DNA from: Prorocentrum cordatum
Taxonomy: Eukaryota
Direction: 5' to 3'
Length of the DNA: 49,881 nucleotides
Assembly: GCA_963575745.1 (NCBI GenBank)
Contig: CAUYUJ010000103.1
Span: 620,001 to 669,881 of the forward strand
A model generated the notes under the pieces. That model saw nothing but the letters and a program-made list of their open reading frames with translations, ran no database searches and was not told the DNA's origin. This document shows positions 1 through 13,052 of the stretch, in pieces. Both the position numbers and the translations under genes were made by a program. The first letter of the stretch is position 1. Every line of letters begins with the position of its first letter.

Positions 1-119
1 GGGGGGAAGGCTTCTTCGAAGCACCCCTGCCTCTTAGAAGGCACGGGGCCCCCTCTATACTGCACATGTAAGGCTGGCGCCTTCTAAGAAGCAGCCCCCT
101 TCCAAGAAGCCTTCCCCCC
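1..119. repeat. Short palindromic repeat (possibly truncated by the window edge); right arm recurs at 21575-21627
   Basis: ggggggaaggcttctt ... aagaagccttcccccc; tgtaagg(ct/cc)ggcgcctt motif shared. Confidence 0.55.
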
Positions 120-697
120 TCAGCTCTATACACCCAGAGATCCAATGCATTGACAAAAATTAAGACGGGTTTGTTTCGCAAATTTCGGCCCCCAGGGGCA
201 CTCGCCGCCAAAGAGGCTCACCGTGCCAGCCTCGCCTGCCGTCGCCCCCGCCCAGTTACCGCCGAGGGAACAGCTGCCGGCGGCGCTGGCCACCACAACG
301 ACTCCGATTGCACTACGCGTTCGAGTCGCTCCCTTCGGCGTGTGCGCCCAACCTGCTGAGGGCTAGAGTTGGTGACCGCACCGTGATCGCAAGCACGGCG
401 CCCGATCAAAACAGGAACAGAACACGGGGGAGCAGCTGCAGGCCGCACTGCAGCGGTGCAGCCGCGGCCGAGGGCGTGAAGCCGCGCAGGCTCAGGTCGC
501 GCTCGCTGCGCATCGGCGGCGCACCCGCGCCGTGGCTGCCACGGTCGGGAACTTTTGGACAGCGCGTCGCGCCGCAGAGTCTGGCCAGCCATGCTGCGGC
601 GCGACACGCTATCCGCTCCACGGCCCCGGGGCGTCAACGTCCCGAGCTTCCCGCGGAGCGGAGCGGCACGCTATATCCGCTCGCATGGCACAGCGTG

Positions 698-955
698 TCA
701 CCAGGGCCGCCGCGGCGGCACGCCGTGCAAAGGTTCCTGGTCGTAGGAGGAATAGAAGGAGCGAGCCTGCTTGAGCATCATCAGTTGTGGTGCCTTTCCA
801 TGGGGTTTTGGCCGCCACTCCCGCTCGCCAGCAGTAACAATAGATTGTGCATGGTTCAGTTCTGCTGAACTTGGTAGTTGACCAATACGTGTGAGTTTGT
901 CATGAGCACTGAAGCGCTGTTTTTTGGAAGCAGGGGGAACCTCAACCGTTTTGCC
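698..955 (-). CDS. Candidate terminal exon (no 5' ATG, not in the ORF track)
   Basis: CAG|G acceptor then 85 codons GKTVEVPPASKKQRFSAHDKLTRIGQLP...LKQARSFYSSYDQEPLHGVPPRRPW*. Confidence 0.28.
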   Translation of the reverse strand, partial: GKTVEVPPASKKQRFSAHDKLTRIGQLPSSAELNHAQSIVTAGEREWRPKPHGKAPQLMMLKQARSFYSSYDQEPLHGVPPRRPW

Positions 956-1304
956 CTGCCCGCTGAGCCTTCCCAGCGGGTCCGAAGTGGTTCCTCCTCC
1001 ACTCGTTTTTTAACATCTTCACCGCCTCTCCGGGGTGTAGGCGGCGGAGGTGCAGCGGTGGACGCACGACGGCTCCACATCTGGCGCTACTCGACACCTG
1101 GTGCTGCTAATGGCAAGTCGCCCGCTTGAGGATCACCAGTTGCGATTCCTCTCGCTCTGCCGGAGGTCCGTGCGGAGCACGTAAAGACTGGGAGTTGGAT
1201 GGTTTACCCTGCTCGTCTGCTGCGCTGGTCTGCCGGGTCGTTCTGCCCGCCCCGGGGCCTGGCCAGTGCCCGGGGGGCGGATGCGCCTCCCTTCGGGGCT
1301 CAAG

Positions 1305-1462
1305 AGACGGGGGTCAATGCAAATGGGTGTCAGTCAGAGCGCCAGAGTTCGCAGGATCTTGCAGAGCCAAGGTCGCATCGGCCCGGGCTTGGGTGCAGTA
1401 TCCTGCAGGATTTGGCAGGATCCTGCAGAGCCTGACTGATCTGGGTTTGGATTGACCCGGGT
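1305..1462. repeat. Dispersed repeat with internal 10-bp gcaggatcct units; second copy 32311-32462
   Basis: gacgggggtcaatgcaaa...cagagcgccaga...ggcccgggcttg...gacccgggt at both loci. Confidence 0.75.
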
Positions 1463-1614
1463 CAGCAGATCCCCGACCACCCTCCCCCGTTTCAGCGCCA
1501 GGACGAGCGTGCGAATGTCCACGAGGGCAATGCGCATTCGCCGCGTGTCAGCACTAGGCAACGCCAAATTCAAGCTTCGATGACCATTGCAGCAACGCGC
1601 CATTTGTAAACAAT

Positions 1615-2420
1615 TCCGCGAGCCTCTGGGTGGTTTCTTGGGGCCGTTCGGGGGCTTCTTAGGGGCCTTTGGGAGGCTTCCTGGGGGCTTCTTTCGGACC
1701 TCTTGGGAGCCTCTTTGTGGCCTCTTGGGACCTGTAGTGGGCGTCCTGGGCCGTCTTGGGGCGCTCTTGCGCCGTCTGGCTCCTTAGGAGGCCGTTTTGG
1801 GGTCTCTCGGGACCGCCCTGTGGCTCTCTTAGGGTTCTCGTGGACCGTCTTGGGGGGCCTCTTGGACCGTCTTGGGGGCCTCTTTGGACCACCTTGGGTC
1901 CTCTGGCCGTCTTGGGGCCTTGTTTGCTAGCTTGGGGGCCGTCGTGGGGCCATCTTGGAGGCTGCTTGGGCCATCATGGCCCCTCTGATTTAACAAAAAA
2001 GGCGAGGGCGCGAACCTTTTCTCTATTGGGTCCTCTTGGGCCGTCTTGGGGGCCTCTTGGATCGTCTAGGGGACCTCTTTGGGCCATCTTGGGGCCCTCT
2101 TGGGCCGTCTTGGGGCCCTCTTGGGGGCCTCTGGGGCCGTCTTGGGGCCATCTTGGAGGCTGTTTGGGCCGTCATGGGCCCCCCAACTTTTGTTTGTTGA
2201 AGAGGCGAGGGCGCGAACATGTTTCAAAAACCTCTGCATAATCAATGTCTTGTGCCTTTGACTGGAGGTGTTCCTGGGGGCCCCCTTGGGGCCCTCTGGG
2301 ACCATGTCAGGGGCCTCTTCGGCTCTCTGGGGGCGGTTCTGCGCCGTCTTGGGGCCGTCTTCGGCCGCCTTGAGGCCATCTTGTGCCGTCGTGAGGCCCG
2401 CTGGGACTCCCAGGAGGCCC
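1615..2420. repeat. Degenerate 10-11 bp tcttggggcc satellite; also ~5200-5540 and ~14050-14520
   Basis: Recurrent (g)tcttgggg(g)cc units. Confidence 0.8.
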
Positions 2421-2589
2421 ACGAAACCCAAATCAGACATGTTCTTTGAGTTTGGGTTGGCTTTTGAAGTCCAATGGGTGGGGTGGTGGGGGGGCACCCT
2501 AGGGCACCCTGGGCCTGAACGGATGTGGCGCGATTCCAGGGGGGGGCTTGGGGGGATTACATCATAATGTAAGCTACTTCTACGACCAC

Positions 2590-4820
2590 CCGTCGGGTGA
2601 TCGGAGGTTGGGGGTTAAGATCGCAGTGGAACGGAGAGCCCCCACAGGGAAATCGGTTTCGGTTTCGTGTTCGTGTCGTGCGTGCGGGCGCGGCGAATAT
2701 TGGTGGGCGCGCGAGAGGAATGACCCCGCCGTCGCTGGGGCGAACCGGACGCAGTGGACCGCCCCTCCGCCCAAGGTAGGCGCGCGGTGGCCCGGGGTGT
2801 CTCGCCGTCCTGTCCTGTGGTGTACCGTCGGCGTACCGTTGGTGTCCCGTTGGTGTCCCGTCGGCGTTCCGTCGGCGTTGGGCGGGCGGTGTCCCAGGGT
2901 GTCCCGCCTTCGTAACGATAGTGAAGTCGATCGTGAGATCGATAATGAGATTGCTGGAATGGGATGGACAGTGATATCAGAAGTGGGATCGACATTAAGG
3001 TTGATTGTGACATTGGCTGTGTGATCGGTCGTGAGATCGATAGAGGAACCGATCGTGAGATCGATAGTGAGATCGGAAGCGAGACCTATAGTGGCATCGA
3101 TCGAGTGTGACCGATCCTGTGAGGTCGATAGTGGGGTTAATCGAGTGAGATCGGAAGCGCGCAACATCGTCATCACGCGCCGTCGCTAACTCGAGGGCGC
3201 GTCACCAGCATCGTCATCATCACACCCATCGCATGTGCCAGCAGTTGGTTATTTCCCCCCGCCCACCCCTAACCTCCTTCTCACCCGAAGGGTGGTGGTA
3301 TAGGTAAGGCGGTCGTGGCGGGGAAACCACTTGATGACAACTGCGACGGGACACCATCGGGACACTCTGGGGACAAATGAATGCCACCATCAGGACACCA
3401 TCGGGACACCATCGGAACACCATCGGGACACCATTGTAGTCCATCCGTCCACGATTTGTCCATCGATCTCATTATCGGCCTCACTATAGGTCTCCCTACC
3501 GATCGCACGATCGATCTCACTATCACCCTCACTATCGGTTATCAATGTCACGATCGGTCTCACTATCGATCTCACTACCAGTTCCGCTATCGATCTCACT
3601 ATTTGTTGATCGATCCCAATCTCGGTCCCTCTATCGATCTATCGGTCTCACGATCAACCGCATTATATCATTACCGGTATTAGTATCGGAGTTTGGGAGG
3701 TGAGATCGCAGTGGGACGGAGAGCCCCCCACCGGGAAATCGTTTCGGTTGCGTGCTCGCGCCGCGCGTGCGGGTTTGAGGCGAAGCCGCGCGGGCGCGCG
3801 GGAGGAATGCCCCCGCCGTCGCCAGCGCGATTCGGATGCTCGGATGCATTCGTCCGCCCCTCCGCCCCAAGTGGGCGCGCGGTGGCCCGGGGTGTCCCGC
3901 CGTGGCGTCCTTGCGGTGTCCCACTGATGTCCCGTTGGTGTTCCGTCGGCGGTGGTGCGGGCGGTGGCCGAGGGTGTCTCGCCCGGGTGAGGACAGTGAA
4001 GTCCACAGTGCGATCGAGAATGGGATCGTTAGAATGGGATGGATGGTGTGATCGGCAGTGAGGTTGATTGTGACATTGGTGGTGAAATCGAATGTTCAAA
4101 TTGATAACGAAGTTGATGGTGAGATCGATCGTGAGATCGGAAGCGAGATCTGTGGTGAGATTCAAAGTGAGATCGATCGAGTTTGATCGATCCTGTGAGG
4201 TCGATAGTGGGATCGATCGAGTGAGATCGAAAGCGAGGACGATAGTGACATCACACCGCGGCGCGACATCACCATCACGCGTCGTCGCTAACTCGAGGGT
4301 GCGTCACCAACAACGTCATCATCACACCCATCGCATTTGTCAGCAGTTCGTTCTTTCCCCCCACCCCTCAACCTCCTTCTCACCCGAAGGGTTGTCGTAT
4401 AGATATGTTCATCGACCTCATTATTGATATCATCATCGGGCACTGTATCAATATCCCAGTCACTATCAATCGGTCTCACCATCCATGTCACAATCGATCC
4501 CACGATATGACAATCGATCGGTCTAACGAATCACCGGTCTCAATCTCTATTTATCGATCTCACGGTACAACTATCGGGACAACCATCGGGACACCATCGG
4601 GACATTATCGGGACCCATTTGGACACCATCGGGACACCATCCGGGCACCATGCGGACACCATCGGGACACCATCGGGACATCATCGGGGCACAATTGGGG
4701 CACCATGGGGACACCATGGGGACACCATCGGGACACCATGGAGACACCATGGAGACACCATTGGGGCACCATCGGGACACCATCTAGACACCATCGGGAC
4801 ACCTGTGGGCACCCATCGGC
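2590..4820. repeat. Two diverged ~1.1-kb tandem units with GATC-rich 12-mer arrays and 11-bp ccatcgggaca arrays
   Basis: gatcgcagtgg..cggagagccccc at 2619 and 3703; cgtcgctaactcgaggg at 3181 and 4283; 11-mer arrays at 3345-3435 and 4573-4820. Confidence 0.8.
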
Positions 4821-5088
4821 TAGGGTCTTTCCGGGGCCATCTTGAACAATCTTAGAAATTTTGTGCCGTATTGATGTCCTTTGGGGCCTCCAAGAAGCCC
4901 CCGAGGCACTAATCAGAGATTTTCTTTGAGCTTGGGTTGGTCTTTGAGGCCCAAAAGGAGGGCCGCCCTAGTCTCGGCGGATGGGGCGCGACTCCAGGGG
5001 GGGTTAGGGGATCACGTGATAATGTAAAGTATTACCACGTGCAGTAATCTGGCAGGAATTAGATGCAGTGGGTACTTTGCATTTTCGC

Positions 5089-6537
5089 CTTCGCAGAAAT
5101 CGCTGCCGCTAAGCACGCCATCTCCGGACGTGGATTCATCTCGCGTCGCGGGGTGCACGTCCGGAGCACCTACTATACTACCAAGTCGTTGTGGGGCTTA
5201 CTCGGGGTCTCCTAGGTGTCTCTTCGAGGCGTCTTGGGGGCTTCTTCGGGTCTCGTGGGGGCCTCTTTGGGGCATCTTGGGGCCCCTTCGGGGCGTTTTA
5301 GGCAGTCTTGGGGTGCTCCTGCGTTGTCTGTCCCCTTTGGAGGCCGTCTTGGGGCCCTCGCGGGGCCGCCTTGGAGCTCTTCTGAGGTCCTCTTGAGCAA
5401 TTTTGGGCGTCTTGGGCCGTCTCGGGGGTCTCTTTGGGCCTCTTGGGGCCCTCTTGGGCCGTCTTGGGGGCCTTTTGAGTTGTTTCGGGGCCATCTTGGA
5501 TGCTGCTTGGGCCGCCATGGCCCCCGAGAACCCCCAAAGGCGAGAAGGGTAAAGACGCTCAGGAGCCCGCAGGGAATCAAAGTTCTTCGCCCCTGGATGG
5601 TTCCCTGATAGCATGTCTTTAGAGGGTTTGAACGGTGTCCAAAGATTTCCCATCGCTAGAATCCTCACAGGGGGAGACCTCGGGGGAGGCGTCTCTCCCA
5701 GGCCCGGCGGAAGTGCGGCAGCGTTCACTATGGCGTTCTGGCCCGGTTCGGCCCAGAACTGCGACTCATTATGGTGCTCTGGCGGCCCAGAATTTGCTTG
5801 CAGCGCTCCCTATGTTGTTCTGGCTCGGTTTGGCCCAGGCATGCGACTCACTATGGTGGTCTGGCTCGGTTTGGTCCAGAAATGAGACTCATTATGGTGT
5901 TCTGGCAGCGCTCGCTATGTTGTTCTGGCTCGCGATGGCCCAGAAGTGCGACTCACTATGATGTTCTGGCTCGATGTCAGCCCTCGCAGGAAGTGTTCAA
6001 ATATTCCCCCCCAGCAGAATCTCCACGTGAGGGGCCCCGGGGAGGTGTCTCACCAGTCCGGCCGTGCTTTTTGGCAGCGTTCACTATGCATGGTGTTTGG
6101 GCTCGACTTGGCTCAGACATGCGACTCTCCATGGTGCTCTGGTTAAGTCGGGCCTGTCCCTCTACAGGGAGAATATTCAAACATAGTATAGATATAGTCT
6201 GGGGACCATTTTTAAGACATTTTTTGACCATTTTGAAGCATTTTTTACGTATTTTTGATTCTTCGTCGAAAATCCCGCTGTAGGGGGACACGCCCGACTT
6301 AATGCTCTGGCTCGACGCGGGCAGGTAGTTGGCCAGACTGGAGGGGCAGCCCGAGGCCCCAGTCTGTCGACGCCGCCACCAGGCGCCGCGCCCCGTCGCG
6401 CAGCCTGCCACACCAGCGACAGCGGGTCGCCGACTACAATGCCCAGAGCCTCGAGCTTTGTGGAGGACGATCAACAGAGAGGAAGCATGCTGCCAAATAA
6501 TTTCCAGATGTCTACAAGATGTTTCAAACATTATTTC
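5089..6537 (-). CDS. Candidate exons 6450-6537 and 5089-5169 of an unidentified minus-strand gene
   Basis: AG|G acceptors, AG|GC donors, compatible phase; EIMFETSCRHLEIIWQHASSLLIVLHKAR/GAPDVHPATRDESTSGDGVLSGSDFCE. Confidence 0.3.
5720..6142. repeat. Degenerate tandem repeat (gcgactcactatggtgttctggc motif)
   Basis: Motif recurs at ~5761, 5843, 5884, 5948, 6121. Confidence 0.7.
6143..6302. mobile_element. MITE family A copy
   Basis: TIRs ttaagtcgggcctgtccctctaca / tgtagggggacacgcccgacttaa; perfect TSD tgctctgg. Confidence 0.9.
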
Positions 6538-6654
6538 CTGGCGGAGCCGGGTGAAATTCTGCGCCCGCCGGTGACTGACTGACTGACTGATTGACTGACT
6601 GATTGACTGACTGATTGACTGATTGACTGACTGAACGTCAGGAGGGCACCTTGA

Positions 6655-7840
6655 ACCACACATTTCAAACCGCCCGCGGGCGCGCAACCGCAACTGGGCG
6701 ACACATTTCGACCCGCCCGCGGGCGCGCAACCGCAACCGCAACTACGCGACACATTTCAACCCGCCCGCGGGCGCGCAACCGCAACCGCACATGGGCGAC
6801 ACATTCCAACCCGCCCGCGGGCGCGCAAAGGCAACTACGCGACACATTTCGACCCGCCCGCTGGCGCGCAACCGCAACCGCAACTGGGCGCCACATTTCG
6901 ACCCGCCCGCGGGCGCGCAACCGCAACCGCAACTGGGCGACACATTTCAACCCGCCCGCGGGCGCGCAAAGGCAACTACGCGACACATTTCGACCCGCCC
7001 GCGGGCGCGCAACCGCAACCGCAACTGGGCGCCACATTTCGACCCGCCCGCGGGCGCGCAACCGCAACCGCAACTGGGCGACACATTTCAACCCGCCCGC
7101 GGGCGCGCAACCGCAACCGCACCTGAGCGACACATCCCAACCCGCCCGCGGGCGCGCAACCGCAACCGCAACTGGGCGCCACATTTCGACCCGCCCACGG
7201 GCACGAAACAGCAACCGCGACTGGGCGACACATTTCAACCCGCCCGCGGGCACGCAACCGCAACTGGGCGACACATTTCAAACCGCCCGCCGGCGCGCAA
7301 CCGCAACCGCAACTACGCGCCACATTTCGACCCGCCCGCGGGCGCCCAAGCGCAACCGCAACTAGGCGACACATTTCAACCCGCCCGCGGGCGCGCAACC
7401 GCAAACGCAACTGGGCGACACATTTCAGACCGTCCGCGGGCGCGCAACCGCAACTGCACCTGAGCGACACATTTCATGCCGCCCGCGGGCGCGCAACTGC
7501 AACCGCTACTTGGCGACACATTTCAGACCGCCCGCGGGCGCGCAACCGCAACCGCAACTGGGCGACACATTTCAACCCGCCCGCGGGCGCGCAAAGGCAA
7601 CTACGCGACACATTTCGACCCGCCCGCGGGCGCGCAACCGCAACCGCAACTGGGCGCCACATTTCGACTCTCCCGCGGGCGCGCAACCGCAACCGCAACT
7701 GGGCGACACATTTCAAACCGCCCGCCGGCGCGCAACCGCAACTGGGCGACACATTTCAATCTGCTCGCGGGCGCGCAACCGCAATCCCAACTGGGCGACA
7801 CATTTCAACCCGCCCGCGGGCGCGCAACTGCAACCGCACC
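6655..7840. repeat. Minisatellite, 43-49 bp unit, about 25 copies
   Basis: ctgggcgacacatttcaacccgcccgcgggcgcgcaaccgcaaccgcaa with variable caaccg number; preceded by (GACT/GATT)n at 6572-6633. Confidence 0.95.
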
Positions 7841-9208
7841 GCTCACCTGCCATCCTCCTCCAGGGGCTCTGAGGCGGAGGAAGGGTGGGAGGGAGATGGG
7901 AGGGAGGGGGGAGGGAGGAGGAAGGCGGGAGGGAGGAGGAAGCAGGGGGGGGAGAGGAGACGGAGGGAGAGTAGAGAGCTCACAATGATTGGGGGCGGAC
8001 AACTTCTGACGCCCCCCCGTTCCACGCAAGTGGATCTCCACAAGGCTCCAGACCCAGGATCCCTTATCCAAGGCCTCCACGGTCTGCTAGCGGGATGGGT
8101 GGATTAACCGCCCCCGAGGGGGGAGACGAAGGTTTGACAGAAGCGGTCCGTTGCCTAGTTTGAAGTTGGGGGGGCGATGCCGCGGGCATCGATTGCGCGT
8201 TCACCCGCGCGCAAGCTGCCCGCGGATGTAGGTGCATCGGCGCCGTCTTATTCACGCAGCCTGCCGCGTTTTATCCATGATCTGGTGCAGGAGCAGGTGG
8301 AGGAGGAGGGGGAGGAGGACGAGGAGGAGGTAAGGGAGGAGGAGGAGGAGGAGGAGGAGGAGGAGAAACAGCAGGACGAGGAGGAGGATGAGGAGGAGGA
8401 GGAGCAGCAGCAGGACGAGGAGGAGGAGGAGGGGGAGGAGGAGGAGGAGGAGGAGGAGGAGGAGGAGGAGGAGGAGGAGGAGGACCAGGATGGCCAGGAG
8501 GAGGAGGAGGACGATGGGGAGGGGGATGCCAGGGTGGTGGTGCTTGAGAAGGTGCACGAGCAGGTGCTTGTTGCGGAGGACCGAGGAGGATGAAGTGATG
8601 GACGTCAAGGAGGATGGAGGTGGATGTCCTCCTCGCGGCCTCCGGGCGTGACCCGAAGGTTCTGCGCCCGGACATTGCAGCGGGGAGTCCCCGTTCCACG
8701 CTGCTGCCTCTGATTTAGGAAGAAAAAACATGTTTGACACGTGTTTAGAACATGTTTTTTTCACTGCTTAAACACATTTTTATTCAAGGATTGGATTCTT
8801 AGAGTGTCCATTGTCATGGCATCCACAACTCTAGTTCCGTAGCTGGGTGGACGGGGATCTCATCCACCGCGCCGCAGGCCGCCTGTACAGTGGTGGGGCC
8901 GTCCGCTGCCATGGCCGCGAGGCCTTTGGCGCCTCCTTGGAAGCGGTGCCTGTAGAATTTGCAAAGACTCGTCAGCAGCCCAATTTCCACCCGCGCAATC
9001 CCCGCCTCGTCAGGCTGGAGGGCGAACGCATCACTGCACCATCAGGAGTGACATCGCGATGCCCTCTGGCACGGCGAAGTCCAAGGAGACCCCTGGCGCC
9101 GCCGTTCGGCAGACCCCAGCAATGCCCTGATCAGGGCGCTCAAAAGGTGCACCCCGATCCGGCGCCCCTGGCACACGACGAAACCGACAGAGGCGTGGAT
9201 CGGCCCGA

Positions 9209-10221
9209 CTAGTGGACCCCAGCGAAGGCGAACGGATACTTCGCAAAAGGAGGCGGCAGCGGCAAGCCAGAAATGTCCGCGCAGCCAAGCGCACCTGAGC
9301 TGCATTGTCACTGCGTCTCTCCTTGACAGGTCAAAACCTTGCAGCGGACCCGCCTTCTGGATGACCGAGGCGGAGGGGGAAGGGGAGGAGAAGGAAAAGA
9401 AGAAGAGGAAGAGGGGGATGAGGCGGTTGGAAGAGTAGGAGGAGGAGGAGAAGGAGGAGGGTAGGAGCACGAGGAGGATGGAAGAGGATGGAGGAGGATG
9501 GAGGATGAAATGGAGGAGGCAGGAGGAAGAGGAGGAGGAGAAAGAGGAAAATGATGAGGATGAAGGAGAAGGGAGGATGGAGCAGGAGGAGGAGGAGGAG
9601 GTTGAGGTTGAGGTTGAGGGGGAGGAGGAGGAAAAGGAGGGAGGAGGGAGAGTATCGAGGAGTGGGAGGGAGAGGACGGAGGAGGATGGTGATGATGCTG
9701 ATGATGATGATGATGCTGCTGTTGGTGGTGATTATGATGATGATGATGAGGAGGAGGAGGAGTAGGAGCAGGAGGAGGAGGAGGACAAGGGAGGATGATG
9801 CCGCTGATGATGATGCTGATGATGGTGATGATGCTGGTGATGATGGTGGTGATGATCATGATCATGCTGATGCTGATCATGATGATGCTGGTGATGATGT
9901 TGGTTATGACGGTGAAGGTGACGATGTCGATGATGATGTTGCCTATGACGAGGATGATGATGATGCTGATTACGATGATGATGATGATGCTGATGCTGAT
10001 GTTGCTGATGATGATGTTGCTGATGATGATGATGATGCTGATGATGATGATGATGATGTTGATCATGATGCTGGTGGTGATGGTTTTGGTGATGGTGATG
10101 ATGGTAATGATGGTGATTGTATTGATGATGCTGATGCTGATGCTGATGATGATGCTGGTGATGATGATGATCATGTTGATGTTGATCATGATGTTGCTGC
10201 TGATGATGATGATGATGATGC

Positions 10222-10308
<87 letters not shown>

Positions 10309-11485
10309 ATGATGATCATGCTGATCATGATGCTGGTGGTGATGGTGATGGTTTTGGTAGTGGTGGTGATGATGTTGCTGTTGATGCTGATGATGATGAT
10401 GATGATGATGAGGAGGAGGAGGAGGAGGAGGAGGAGGAGGAGGGAGAAGGATGGGAGGAGAAGGATGCGAGCCAGCCTCGCCTCATCGGCGCACTGCTTC
10501 TCGTGCGTTGGAGCGCCCTCGGCGCTCGCTGGGCGTCCGCGTGTGGGGGTCGTTCCAGGGCTGCTGTGGCGCCCCCCCCCAACACGGCGCGTGTCAGGGA
10601 GCCCCGAGTTTCAAGCTGGTTGGTAGGCTCAGCGGCAACGTTGAGGGGGGGACAGGGCTGGGGACGTGCACCCTTAAGAGCCAATCGATCGCCGATATGG
10701 GGCCCGATGGCACACCCCGCCCTGGAGCGGGCGGGTTCGCTGTCGGGAGTCACATCGCCGATCGATCGGGGATGTATCGCCGATTCCACGTCGATGCTTC
10801 CCCCGTGAGCCAGTCCCCCCCAGATCGCTGCCCCTCGCAAGCGTTCGCAGAAGGCATCTGCACACCCTTTTCTCGCGAAAGGCCAGGCCATCCTGGACCC
10901 CTTTGGCGGCCGTGGATTAGCGTGTCGCGCAGCCGGTTCTGGCTTGCTGCGCTTCGGCGCGACACGCGAGCCGCTCCCTCCCGAACCCCCCGGCGTCATC
11001 GCCCCGAGCCTTTCGAAGCCGCCCGCCCCGCGGAGCGGAGCGACGCGCTGCCCGCTTGCAGGGCGCAGCGTGTCGCCGGGGCCGCCGTCGCCACACGCGA
11101 AGCCGAAAATCCGGAGCGTACACACCACCATCAGGGAAGCGCAGGCCATCCTGGACCTCCTCCTGCTCCTCCTCCTCCTCCTCCTCCTCCTCCTCCTCCT
11201 CCTCCTCCTCCCCGGCCTCGGCCAGATAGGCGCGTGCACCATGCCACTGCCTGAGGCATGGCCGTGGCCAGGCACGGCAAGGGGCCGCGAACTCGAGCCC
11301 GACAGGGTGGTGCGAAGTGGGCCTGTTCGGCAGCCGAATCGGCCCAATCCCGTGCCCACTCGGCGGCCGAATGGGCTCAGACGCCGAACGGGCTCAGAAG
11401 GTAACCCCGGGGAGTCTTTACCATGAAGGAAGCGGGTCCTGCTGGAAACGGACCCCGGGGCCTTCCTCAGGCCCAGCTCTTCATC
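9209..11485 (-). CDS. Candidate last two exons (11251-11485, 9209-9294) of an unidentified minus-strand gene; possible upstream exons near 15130-15230, 16270-16340, 16963-17039, 20628-20732
   Basis: AG|G acceptors, AG|GC donor, matching phase 1; reads DEELGLRK...HGHASG/ALGCADISGLPLPPPFAKYPFAFAGVH*; no recognisable domain. Confidence 0.35.
9370..10445. repeat. Compound (GAG)n / (GAT)n microsatellite
   Basis: Direct reading; similar (GAG)n at 8296-8510. Confidence 0.95.
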
Positions 11486-12019
11486 CTGAGCTTCCACTTG
11501 GCGGCTCTGGGTCACGTGGGTGGCCCAAGGATGTAAAAGCCGATGGAAACCCGCAGGCCGTGTTTCCCTCAGGACCCGCTTGCTTCACGCCAGACCCTCG
11601 GACGCCAAGCTGCCGTTCGGCCGCCCCCTCCTGCTCCTGTTCGCGCACACGCGGGACTCCTGCGCACAGCTTCCCGGGAAAGCAAGCCGCCGCCCGCCGG
11701 CCCGCGCCGCCCGCCGCTGCTGAGCGCTGGCCCGCAGATCGGCTACGCGCAAGGGTGGCCCTGGCCAAGAGTGACCTCTGGTGCGCGTCTTTTTGGGGGG
11801 CCGCGGGGGGGCCAACAAACCGCCCCCGACCGGCGCTGCCGGTCCGCCCGCCATGTGTGCGCGCGCGCGCCGCGCAGAGGCCCCGCCGGCAGCGGCCGCG
11901 GCGGCGCGGGGCCGTCTGGCGGCCGCGCGCCGTCGCCGCGCCGGAGGCGGCTGGTGGAGCGCGCCGTGCTGCAGGCCGCGGGCCCGCCCTCGCCCGCGGC
12001 GTGTCCCCGTCGTCCCTCG

Positions 12020-12105
12020 GCCCTCGACCCTCGAACCCCTCGAACCCCTCGAACCCCTCGAACCCCTCGACCCTCGAACCCCTCGACCCTCGAACCCCTC
12101 GACCC
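12020..12105. repeat. Tandem 8-10 bp ccctcgaacc repeat
   Basis: Direct reading; a degenerate relative lies at 30890-31040. Confidence 0.85.
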
Positions 12106-13052
12106 TGGGCCCTCGGCCATCTTCGTGGTCGGACCCGCCAGCAGTGCCTGGCGCAGGGTCTGCCGGCGGCGTGGGCGACCGCGGCAGCGACGGCGGCGGC
12201 CGCCGCGGACGCGGCACGACTCGGCGGCGCCTTCTAGCTCCCACGTTCTTCAGGAGGGAAAAAAACACAGACACAATTAATCCTCGATCCCCAGGAAAAT
12301 ATGGGAAAATATGGGAAGTGGTGGGGAAGACAAAAACCCAGAAAATATGAGAAAATATGGGGAATCTTTTTATTTGTGTGTATTTATTTGTGTGTCCTGG
12401 GGCCCCTTCAGTTCTGGCGGACGTATCGCGTAAGACCTGAGTTCTCCGTCTGCGTGCGGAGCTCCGTGTCGACACGCCACGGGTCGCGTGTTGCGTATCG
12501 GGGCAGCCAAGGGCGCCGGAATCCGATCCCCCCGCCCCGCTGATCGACGATTCGCGCAAGCTCGATGGGCGGCGGGGGTCAGGCTCGAGCTTCGGCGAGC
12601 ACGTGGCCAAGTCGGAACCCTACCGCAACCCCCCCCCGTGGATTCCAGGAGAATCGGTGTTTTGGGGGGGTAGGGCTCCGGCGTCGCCACCTCAACGGTG
12701 GCCGCCCCGGCCGCGGCACGACGGTGGAGCGCTGCAGGCGCTGCGGGCGCGGGCCCGCGCCGCTCGGAGGCTGTTCCGACGGCGGTGGCGACGGTCGGCA
12801 TGACGCTTTCCCGGCTTTCTGGGGTTTCCTCAAGCAGTTCTCGCCGTCGCCGCCGCGTCGGCGCCTCGCCGCCACCTCGTCGCCGTCCGTCGTCTTGGGC
12901 CCGGGTGGCGCTCTGGCGGCTCCGTGCTCGCCGTCGCCGTCCTGTCGCCGCCTTGTCGCCGCCCGTCGTCTGGGCCTGGGTGGCGCTCTGGCGGTTCCGT
13001 GCTCGCCGCCGCCGCCTCGTCGCGTAGATTTTCCAGTGAAAAGGAATGAGCA

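Noticed and set aside
218..818. Degenerate second APE endonuclease on the minus strand
   Set aside because: Only vague motif resemblance across different frames; not supportable.
6655..7840. Regular repeat array resembling CRISPR or a repeat protein
   Set aside because: Units are contiguous with no unique spacers and no cas genes; it is a minisatellite, and its ORFs are shadows.
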